DNA of 64,000 nucleotides from Candidatus Omnitrophota bacterium. GTDB lineage: Bacteria > Omnitrophota > Gorgyraeia > Gygaellales > Profunditerraquicolaceae. Under the pieces are notes generated by a model, which was not told the DNA's origin, made no database searches, and saw nothing but the letters and a program-made list of their open reading frames with translations. A program made the position numbers and the translations under genes. This document shows positions 12,401 to 24,400 of this stretch, in pieces. The stretch lies in NCBI GenBank assembly GCA_041651115.1, contig JBAZJY010000004.1, positions 14,114 through 78,113 on the forward strand. The letters are read 5' to 3'. The stretch's first letter is position 1; every line of letters starts with the position of its first letter.

Positions 12401-15400
12401 GCATACCTTTTATGTTCCCTTGGACCAGCCGCATTGATAAATCGCTAGCGTGCTTTTTTGGCAGAGCGATTGATCTTACTGATCCGAGCCTGACATTAGT
12501 GCGCCGCGTCCCGGATGCCAAAACCGGGCCGAATGTACTGCACGGGATGACCGATAAAGTAAAATGGCTTAATGAAAAAGTGCATCCGGAATTTATCAAA
12601 TTCTCCTGTTTTACGGGCGCATTCAATGAAATATCCAGCCGCTTCGGCTTGCTTAAGGCCGAGCTTGTTTTTCGTCTGGAGAAAAATACGCTTACGGTAC
12701 ATACAACCGTAGCCAATAAAGACACAAAATTACTTATTTTTAGCTTTGGCCATCACCCATTTTACTTTCTGCCCGATATCCGGCAATGGCAGGCGCAGGT
12801 CCCGGCAGAGATGTATTGGCAGACAGATGCGGCGCAAGTCCCGCTTTACCAGCAGCCGCTCGCAGTAGAAGGCCCTACTGACTTGCGTAAGCTTACTTCT
12901 ATAGACCGGCCGTTTGAACAGGGCTATACCGGGCTTAGAGTTGATAAGGGAGTAATAACTTCGTATTTCCATAATGATAATACCAAAGAAACTTTAACCG
13001 TTTCTCAAGGCTCGGGGTATACAAACCTAATGTTTTGGGTACCCTTAGGTAATCCTAATATTCCTGAAGGAGTAGCCAGTATCCAGCCGCTGGTTTCCGT
13101 AGCTAACGCTATTAATCTCTTTAGTCATGCCAGGCAATGCCGGGATCCTGTAATTGCTAAATATGCCAATCCGGTTATTCTCTTCCCGGGTGAGCAGATC
13201 AGTGTATGGTGGAGAGTAAGTCTTGACGCCGCTATCAGTTCACCGGTAACAGAAAGAAAAATCCTGTTGGCAAAAAGGGAAGAACGTAAAAGAAAAGAGT
13301 TATATAAGGAAATGGAAGCCAGGGGAATAGATATAGATGTTCCTCCCAGCCTGATTAGGCACCACAGTGTTACTACCGTCATTAAAAGATTAGAGAAGGA
13401 GATGGCAGCCGGTATCGAGAAAGAGAATAGAAGGAAATTAATCGCCAATCAGGCAAAAAAAGAACTCGAAGAGAGTCACGGGATTGTTTTGCCTGCCGGG
13501 TGCCTGCGCAGAGGCAAGAACTACGTTGATCCGGTAAAATTACTTAATAAAATAAAAGGAATAAAAACAGAGCTAAAACGCAGGGGCATTATTAAATATA
13601 CCATTACCAAGAAGCAGCTTTTCAATAATAATGCCGAACGCATAGTAGAGATCATCCAGGCGCGCTCCGCAGCAGGCAAATACCAATCGTCGTATCGCAA
13701 GGAATCCGTAAGCAATAAAAGGATTAAGGTGCGAAAATTTACCGAGGCAGAATACGCAGCCAAGCTTATTGATGATTTTCAGTTTGATTATGGAAATTCA
13801 AAAAAGATAAGCTTGGCCTCAAATCTGTATATAGCTTTGAGTAAAGTAAGAGAAGTTTTTCCTGATTTAAGAAGAGAAGAGCTTCCGGAAGGATCAATCT
13901 GGTACGGCCAAGCTAAAATCGTAGACGCAATTTCCAAGAAAAGAAATGCCCGGGAAAGGGGGAGCAAGAGAGAAGACGCTGAAGCAGCATACCAGAAGAA
14001 ACTCTCAGAAGAGTTCAATTTTATGTATCCGGATGGGCTGCCTGAAAGTAATCAGCCGGGCAACGGCCACTGTATAAGTGCTTATAAGGCGTACAGGGCT
14101 TTAATAAAGGTAAAAAGCCTACTGCAGGAAGCGGGATTTGAATTACCCGATGTAAACACATTTACATATATGTTGGGATGTACCCCGGAGTTTATCAGCA
14201 ACAGCTTAATAAAGACGCTCAAATTCAGGGAAAATAAAGCAGCCGAAGAAGAGAAGAATTCAGAGGCCAGGGAAAAGCTTTTTATTGATTTTGAGTTTAA
14301 CTATCCGCAAGATTTAGGGCATTTTGGCAGCGGGTATCCTGTTATTTCCGCATCGCGGTTATGCGCCAATCTTATAAAAGTAAAAAAAGAATTACCTGAT
14401 TTTAATTGGAAAAACCTCCCGTTAAAAGTGCTTATCAGGTATCCCTCAAAGATCATCATTTACCTGAAGTCAGTGCAGCAAAAGAAAGACCGGCAAGAAG
14501 CTGTGCGAATAAGCCTGAATAGGGACTTTGATATAACTAACCCCGAAACATTAAAGATTACTGCTTCCAAGGCGCGCAGTAATTTACTCGCCATTAAGCG
14601 GATATTAAAAAAGCGAAGACTGGCTCATCTACAAGTGCCGAAAAATATGCTTTCGCTTGCTCCGGCTACAGCCGCCAAATTGATCAGGGCGCAAGAATTG
14701 AGGAGGAGAGAAAGAAAGATGGCCGGGATTGCGTTGAAAGCGGAAAAACAAAAACTGATCAATGAACATCAATTACCCAAGGCCTACTTTTTACGCAGTA
14801 TATCTTTTATAAAAGAGATGATCAAACACGGGCCGCCGCGCCTGGATGCCTGTTATGGCGGTTATAACCGTTATGTCAATTATATCTTCAGTCATCCGTC
14901 TAAAGTTGAGGAAATGGAATTAGAGCTTCTTTGGCAAAAGATGAAAAAAGGCAACAACTCGGCATATTGCAAGTTGGCGGAATACTTCCTGCCGGTAGTG
15001 ATTGAAATGGTAGAGGGAGAAACCAAAAAAGGTATTCTGTCGCGGCCATCCAATTATTCGGAAGAACACCAGAAGGAAATGGACGATTATGTCGGCGAAG
15101 CCAATTTAGCTATGCTGGAAAGCATAAAAGAATGGGAACCTGGTCCAGGCAGCACGCTTGAAGCTTTTGTAAAAGAAAAGATCAAGGCTGCGGTCAATAA
15201 GTTAAGGTCTAAGAAATATGCCGAGAAAAGACGGAACGACGATAATATAGATTCGGCAAGGCGGCAGATTTTAGAATTTTCATCCCAGGATTACAGTCAG
15301 CATCCGGATAATGCCTTAGAGCGTTTTGAGATGATGAAAAAGGTAGTAGCGAGCATAAAGAAAGGTAATTTCGGCTTTCTGGCTGATGCCGGCTACCCTA

Positions 15401-18400
15401 TAAACCAGAAAGCGCTCTTTAGCCTTACGGATAAACTATCTATTAAGCAGGAACTGCGTAATTATCTCATCCGCAGCGGGATATTCAGCGCTATGCCGCT
15501 CAGGTTTGCGATGTGGATGATTGCCAGTATGGGCCAGATCGGGCTTGCGCGTAAGAACTTAAGCGACCTTAATCTCCTCATCATCTCTGATTCGCATCAG
15601 GAATCCTCTATGAACGAACATCAGGCCATTTGCCGTGAATCCATGGTTAATCTTAAAGAGCTCGTTGGAACCGGCAAACTCATTGAACAGAGGATAGATG
15701 GTAAAAGGCTGGTATTGGAAGTCGGAAAGGATAATTCTTATAAGAATAATAAACTTTATCAATCTGAATTTATATCTTTACTTAAAGACCATAAGATAGG
15801 AAGCCAGGAACGCGGGTTCGCTTCCATAGAGCTGGTTTCTTTGAACGGCAGTATTGAGCCCGGCAATAAAGCTCTATACCGCGGCGGTTTCCATGTCGCA
15901 GAAAACATCTATCAGATGGGTTCAAACGGGATCCTTATTTTAGAATCGGAAGACGGCGTTGCCCAGGAAATGGCCCAGGGGCTGCATCAGCAGTTACAGG
16001 CCGATCATAATGAATATCTCTATTTTATATGCAATTACCAGCTGGATTTCTTTGCCAAGCAAGTAGAAAAAGTAAGGCAGCAACAGGATGCGTTAATCGC
16101 GGCAAGCAGCTCGCCGGCAGATATCAGCAAGGCATACATTAAATATTTAGAGAATCCCCAAGCCATGATTGACGAAGATAAAACCCTGGTCCTTGCCTTT
16201 TGCCATAACAACACGGATATGGACGGTATGGCTTCCCTCATCGGACATGTTTATTATTGCCGGGAGATTGAAAGTAAGGATATCCTCATAATGCCGGTTA
16301 TCCCCCAGCAAGGGGCGCTTCCGTGGAATATAGTGCATATTTTGCAGCGCGGCGGGATCAATAAAGATGACTTCTTTTGTTTTGAAGACATAAAAAGTCA
16401 TCTTGAGAACATCGCAGCCAATCCCGCATTCATGGAACGCATATTGCTTGACCTGCTTGACCATAATGACCCGGAAGAAAAAAGCCTGGAGCAATTTGCA
16501 ATCCGCAATATCATTGACCACCATTCCCTGGAAAGGGAATTACCTTATAGGGGAGTACGCAATATCCAAAGGATAGGGGCAACTGCCACGGCCGTTACAA
16601 TGAATTATTTTAACCGCGGGATAGCTATGCCGTATGGCATAGCTTATATCCTGCTTGCCGCCATCTGCCTGGATACGGACAGTTTTTGTTCCAATACCGT
16701 AACCCGCAGGGACGGCAAGGTGGTCCAGGAATTGGCGCGCCTGGCTAAAATAGACGCAAATAAGCTGTTTGACGGCGTTTCAACAATTTCATATTGCACG
16801 CGCGCCTCTACCTGGGGAGAATGGCTTTATGACGTTAAAGAATACGGGGCGTTGATTTTCAGGCAAACAAAAATAAACGATATGGATGAATTAAAGAGCA
16901 TTACCAGGAGCATGATCATCAGCCATATCAAAGAGGAAGTGGAGAGCCGCCCTGAGATTCGCGCTCAAGTCTGGATGGTAACAAGCATGGATCAGAAATC
17001 GTACGGCAGCATGGTTTTTGTATATGCTAAGTCCGGAGTAGAATATGGCAACAGGATCATCAGGGCGATATCGGATTTAGAAATAACAAAGGCAGGCCTG
17101 GTTGAGGCGTTATGGATGAAGCCGGCCTTGAAAATGATCCAGGCGGGGATAAAAAAGGCAGACTTCAGATATATCGTGAATGTATCCGGAATGGGCCTTA
17201 GCGCCGATAACGGAAGGCTTAAGGCGTTCAGGCAGCTTGCCGCATCTTTGATCAAAAAGAACCATTTATCATTGAAAAATAACGGCCAGTTGAATATAAA
17301 AATTAATTCCCATCGCATCGCAAAAATCCTTTTAAAGTCCCTTTCGCAAGACGGTATAAAACTTGATTTATCTACGATTATGCGGATGCAACGCGATATT
17401 GACGGGGTCGTTATGCTTTATTTTTCCGGCTGCGGCTCGCGCAAGATGTGGAAGGATGCCGTGCAGGAAGTCATAAAAGAAACCATAAATAAGACGAGCT
17501 CGCCGGTGGCTGCGGAGATGTATTGGCTGCGGGATGCGGTATGGGTGATGGGCGGAGAAACTCTCTCTGCCTTGTTTAACGATAATAAGGAAACCTTTAA
17601 AAAGATATATGCGGTGGTAATTGCCTGGTGGCTTCAGGGGGTGCTTGCTTATGCGCTGGCTCGTATTTTTGGCGGGGATATCTTCACTGCCTGGGGCATA
17701 TTCCTGGCCGGGCATATGTTAGATTTCGTCCTGAATATTCTTCGTTCCAAGGGAGCCCGCGCGCCGCCGCTTAATATGCTTATCGCCGCTTTAATCGCAT
17801 CTGTCAGCCTGGCTATGGGTTGGTCAACGATCAATCTCTTATCCTGGGCTGTACAGGCAGGAGTTGCCCTTTTCTTCCTATCTCTTTCCTTAGTGTCTTC
17901 TTCAGTATGGCGCCGCCGCACGGTTGTTCTATTCAGCCTTATTCTCGTTTTAGCCTCTGTAAAAATCATTGATAATTCATTGCGTTATTACCGTATGGAC
18001 GATGAAGCAAAGGCCATAGCGCACAGTTATTCACTTCCAATAATACCGCAGGAGCAACACGGAACATACTGGCAGGATGAATTTAACAACATGGATCAAC
18101 TGCTTGATTTTATTTCCGACCCCGAGGTTATCAATGTTCCTTCTTTTGAGGCGCGCGAGCAGGCTTATCTGGCAAAGGTAAGGCTACTGGTGAACGCCCA
18201 AACCGTCTTTGCCGCGGATAAAATATATGCAGGGCAGCGATTGGGGCAGCTCGCAGCTAACTATCAGGAAATAGTTTCATTACCTGATACGGCATTCTGG
18301 TTTCGCTGCAGCGAAGCAGAAATGTTGACCGTGCTTTTACGCAACCGTATGGATGTTGCCTCTCGCCAATTATTATCAGCAGACGTGGATAAATTATTTT

Positions 18401-21400
18401 CCGATGAAGACTTCCCGGATCGTTTAGTCAACGATCCTATGTTTGGCTTGTATTACGAATATACCGTTTTATACGGCCATTTTGCTCAATTTAACGCTAA
18501 CATGAATTCAATTACGCAGGCGCGGGGAGATTCAGTGCATGCTATGCCGCTGGTATTGCTTGAGCCTATTCGCCAACTGCGGCAGGCTCCTCCGAAATTG
18601 GTTAAAGAATTGAAAGCAGCAGCAGATACATTTGGCTTAGATTGGGAGTTTACTGCCAGTCATCTTATCAATGTTGATGATGTCAGGTATTCCCTGCGTG
18701 CGGGATGGAGACATTACCGGATACGTAAATTTAACCAGGGAAACCCCATAGAAGATACTTATCGTTATGATCCAGAAGGGTTGGCGTTGCCTCGGTATGT
18801 TAACGATGCGTTAGGCGGTATAATCATTGGCGGCGGCAAGAATAGCACGGGTTCCTTTCAAATGCGCTCTTATGAAGTGCGCAGATACAATCTTTTTAAG
18901 AATCTGGGGATCGATGCCGCAAGCTTATCGGACCGCGAAATCAATATGTTATTGCTTAAGCCGGAATATGCTGCCTGGGCATGGGTAGCGTTTAACAGGG
19001 CGGCTATCAATGAAGTTGATTATTTACGTACTTCCAACCAACATGAGGTTAATGCAATCATCAAAGGATTAAATAAGAGCGCTACTGTAGGGGGCTCCTT
19101 CATTTTTGCATATCCAAAAGAGCTTTTCTCCATGCTTCCTTCAAAGGCGGACCTAGGCAGGGCCGATTGGATGCTGACTTTATACCATCCCCTATTTAAT
19201 GGAAAGCTGTTTAGTTCCTTATCATCGCAGTATATCGTCATTGTCTCCGGCATCGGCGACAATAAGCCGGGGATTTTTACCGGCATAAAAACGAATCAGG
19301 ATATCTTATCTTTACGATTATTATTGTCTGGTCGCGATGCCTATCTTAGGGATGCAGCCTGGCGTACCCTGGAAGCTTTAGCCAGGGATTCTACAAATAT
19401 TGACCTGCAGAAAGCATCCCGAAAAATATTACAGGAAGCTTCTGGTAGCTCGCCGGTTTCCGATAATCCGCCGCTTCCAGACAACCGTACCGCAGTTCCA
19501 GCGGGTTATGCGTTGATCAGCGATGCCCAGGGCGCCAGTTATTACGATCTTTCTGGCGATCGGAGGTCATGGAAAATTCTGCACCGTCGGATCAAGAATG
19601 CTCTCCAGACGCATTATCCGATTAATCCGCTTATTCAATTAATTAGTGAAAAGGAGTTGCACTTGTTGATTATGCCCGGAGTTATCCAACGTGGCCGCGC
19701 CTTAGTAAGATTTCTACAGGATATCTATTCCGGTGAATGGAAAGCAGTCAGAGATGGGGTTATACCCGAATCCGTAGTGCGCCGCGCTCTCAATAGCCAG
19801 GGTTTTGAAGAGCTTGTAGGCAGATTGCCTACGGAAAGCATAACCATTACTTATGGGCCGGATTTGAACTATGCCGCAGGATATGTATTTGATGATAATA
19901 TCGGTTCGCTGGGCGGAAGGGAGATAATCTTCCGCGGACAGGAAGCCTTGTTAAGGATTTTTCCGGGTATTGGCCTATATCATACCGTTAATATTTTCCG
20001 AAAATACATTAAGGAGCTGGAAAATGTCCTTTCCGGCCGGGAGGGCATTATTGCGGCCTGGCGGCATCCCTGTTTTAGCGAAGGCGGCAACCAGGAATTC
20101 CTAAATAATTTATATAAAGAGTGCGGTATCGCGGTTGTAGGATATGGCTTGCCTAATATGAACAGGTTTGAGGTCCGCCCGGGAGGATTATTTATTTTGG
20201 ACCGGAATAACCGGGAAAATAGAGTGAAATATTTGATCTACAATGATTATGATTTCTCTCTGGATCCGGGTTATCTTCCTTTTAAAAACCGCATGAAAAT
20301 TTTTGGTTACAAGGAGATTGTGAATGGTATTCCCGGCATAGTCGGTTTGATTGAAAGTGGAAAATTGCTGATCGGCCATCACCCGGGTTCTTCCATGGCT
20401 GACTCTAAGCTTGTCTATCCGTTCGTACGGAAATTTATTCGCTACTATCTTGGGGAAGATCCGCTTTTGAAGTCCAGTAGATGTTTTGCTTTAAAAGAAG
20501 GTTTTGGGTTGCCAATAATGCCTTTCGGCGACGCGCTGGCAAGGCAAAACGAGTTGGTGCTTAAACCTATTATGGGAGAGTGGGGCAAGGGAGTCCGTGT
20601 GGGTAAAAAGATCAGCCATGACCAATGGCGCAGATTTTTAGTGGAAGCGTATCTATGCCCCCATGATTATATTTTCGCTGAGCATATTCAGCCCATGATT
20701 TTAAGCGATTATATAGTTGTGCATAGAATAATCTGCGACATTATGGCTGATGGCAGGACAGTGGTCCAGCCCGGGATTTACGGGAGATCTAAGCGTAATG
20801 AAGAGGGTAATGGCGTAATCGGTTGCCCGGTGGATGGTGTTTACAGCCGCACTATGCTTACGATGGCAGAAGGCCTCACCTTCCCGATGCGTGCCAGTTC
20901 GCCGGTAGAAGATAAAAAAATAGCCGATACGATAACGGTCACTCTAAAATCTGAACGGATGGTCACATTAATAATTATGGTTTTAAAGGGTTTTCTCGTA
21001 ATGCTCTGTAGTTATTATATCTTTCTATCAATCCCGTTGGCTTATCTTATCATGTTTATATTTTGGATTGGCGGTTTAGATTATTCATTTTCAGAGACCT
21101 TCCGTTACGCCAATATTTTATCAGTGCTTATGCTTTTTTATATTCGGAAAGCCTTTCCGGAACTTCCGAAGCTAATAAAAAAAGAACGGATTGTTTTTGC
21201 AGACGGCAAAGGCCGTATTTATGAATATTCCGGTTCTACATATATATGTCATGGCGAGACTGAAAAAGGCAGGCATGTATTAGAGAATATTAATGTGATA
21301 GGCAAAGATCTGCACGAGCAAGGGGCGCCGGCTCTCCTGATAATCTCCTGTAATCCTAAAGGCGGGAAGATAGAAGAAAGATTGCCCCTTTATTATATAC

Positions 21401-24400
21401 ATGCATTATCTCGGGTCACAGGGGTGATTAAACTTCCCGGCATATTCAGAAGATTTTCTTTTTCATCCAACGGCTGGACTATTGTTTCTCCTTCCGGAGA
21501 AGAAATGCCTTTATACGAAGCCATTAAGGAATTTTCAGAAAATGGGAAGACCTTGAATTTTAACTTATGGGAACAACAAAAATGTCTTATCAGCTCGCCG
21601 GTAGACCTTAAAGAAATAGGCGGGGTTATACTTGCTCCTTCGCCGCTGGCGGTCAAGGATAAGAGCCGGCTTCCGGAAAAGATAAATGAATGTTTGGCGG
21701 CGCAGCGTAATTGCGGAATAATGTTGCCCTGGATACATTGGGACATTATTGAAGGCCATCGTTCGGATATAGTTGCTTGCGACAATCCCGAACCAACCGT
21801 AAATATACTTACGCCGGAATTATTGCAGGGTATATCCGGCGCAATCAAAGATGTGCACCTTATGTATACCCGGCCAAGTGAAAAATTCATTCAGAGATAT
21901 ATTAATGCCGGTGCCCACATTGTGACTTTGCATTGGGAATCTTTCAGGTATAAGAAGAGGCTTATTGAAAGGATCGAATATGTTAGAAAGCAGGGGTGCC
22001 TGGCGGGTTTGGCTTTCAATCCGAGTAGCGATTTAAATGCGATAATCAATTTTCTCCATGACCGCCGCCTGAGAGGGAAAGTGGACTTATTGCTGCCGAT
22101 GAGCATACTAGCCGGAGCGGCTAACCAAAAATTCATTGAGAGTGCCTTGATCAGTATCGCTAAGTTAAGAAGATTATTTCCGAAATTATTCATCCAGGCT
22201 GACGGCGGGGTAAACCTGGCAGAGCCAGAAGGAAGAGAAAGCACAGCTAAGAGGGTAATCCGGGCAGGCGGGCCGGATAAATTATTGTTAGTTACCGGCG
22301 GCGCTTTCTTCGGTAAGGGCGAACAGATCCAGGCAGAATTTGAGCAAGCCATCCGGGATTTTCAGGCTGTAATCAAGGAAAGCCGGGTGGAAGAAATCAA
22401 TATCAGTAAAGGCCAGGATTACTATTCCCAGGTAGAGGCAATATCCAAGCGTATATCTGCAAAAGAACTTGGCGGCGCCATTATCACTACCGATTCAGAA
22501 GTGACCAGCATGGCTGCCGGCGCTATTGCCAATAAATTTAAAGGAGTGCGCGCTTCGGTTTGTAGGAACGTCAATCAGGCGGAATTTACCCGTAAACATA
22601 ATAATTCAAATATTTTAATTGTAAGAAAAAAAGATCCCAAGAGAGAAGAAATAATTCTGGAATGGTTATTGGATGAATTTGAAGGCGGCAGGCACCAGCG
22701 CAGGGCGGAAAAGATTGAGCTGGATAAGGTTTCTGATGAGAAAATTGCAGGAGAGATAAACGCGGATATTATTCCTATAGCCTCTGATCATGGCGGTTTA
22801 GAATTAAAGGAGTTTGTAAAATCAGAATTAGAAGTCATGGGGTATAAAATATTTGATGCTGGTACCTATAATAATGAATCTTGCGACTATCCTGATTTTG
22901 GCAAAAAGGCGGCACGTTTAGTTTCCAGGGGCGTGGTAAAAAGAGGTATAGCGATCTGCACTACCGGAAGAGGCATAAATATGGTGGTGAACAGGTATCC
23001 CGGGGTGATTGCCGCTCAGTGCGATAATCCTTATCAAGCCAGGAAAGCGCGGCAGGAATTAGGCGCCAATATGCTGGTTATGGGGCAGAAATATTTGTTG
23101 GATGAGCAAGGTAACATCAACATTAAAGCTGTCCGAAGTATATTAACGGAGTTCCTTAGACAAAAATATAATTCTACCGAAGAAAGGAATAGAGAGGTTC
23201 GTGACGCGTTATCCTTCAGCTCGCCGGTAGGATATTATCCGGCAAGGCCGGTTGATTTCGGTGAAATCGGGCGGTTCCTTGGCCGCATCAAGAATAAAAC
23301 CAACGGGCTACGGCTGGAGGATTTTGTTTTTGAAAGATTCAGCGAGAAAACCCTTTTCTTGTTGCATTATCAAGGGCCCGCATATGAGGTGGTACGGCAG
23401 GCAGCTTACAATGCTCTGAACTCGCTGGATTATTGCCTGCGCACCCGGCCGGCTCATATTGCCTCCTCGCGTGTTTCCGGATTGAGCGGGGAAATATCCG
23501 GTATATACGAAATAATCAAAAGAGGCAGCGTCCTTACGCAAACAAAATTAGGAAAATTAGAGGCAATAAATCCCGTATTTCGCAGCAAGGATTTTACCGC
23601 CAAAGAGTTTGACGCTATCAGTACCAACAGCGTATTTGAATTTAAATTCCACCTTAGCCTGCATAAGCTTTACCAACAGGTGATCGGGATGGATTCGGCG
23701 AAACAGCCCCACTTAAAGGTCCTCAGCCGTCCCGAATTCAGCCATATAAGGAATTTGGTCTATTTCGGTGAGAATGATAACGGGCACGTGGTCAAGGCAA
23801 TTAACCTTTTTGTAGAAAAAAAGCCAAAAATTCTCCCGCGACTTTCTGTTTCTGAAGACGGCGGCGTAGCGCTAAAGCTATTTTTGCACGGCAGCGAGGT
23901 ATACGATTTCTTAAGTTCAAAGACGACGCTGGACCTGTTTAGCCGGGAACAAAACCGCAGATTCAGCAGGGGCTATCTCTCCGGGTATTTAAGGACAAAG
24001 CTGCCGTATATGCGCCAGATCATAAACGGGAAAATCAACCGTCTCGGCGTAGAAGATAAATTTGACGTGATCATTGCCGTTTCCAATACCTGTCCGGCGG
24101 ACTATCTCCGAGCCAAAACCCTTGCCAGTTCTCCGGTAGGAATACGCTTCCGCGTAGATAAGGTATTAAAAGAAGTAACGTTCGGAGAAGATATGCAAAA
24201 CGGCGCCCTGCGCGCCTGGGAAATAAAGTTATTTATTTCGTCGGTAATAAATATGGACAAAAGGCTGCATGACTATCTTGACTGGATAACCGATAATCCG
24301 GGGGAAGGCAGATACTATGTATGCGGATACTTTGATAATGAACCTGTGCCTGTGGGATTCATAAAGGAAAGCTATTTTGATTTTGGGAATATCGGTGCCG

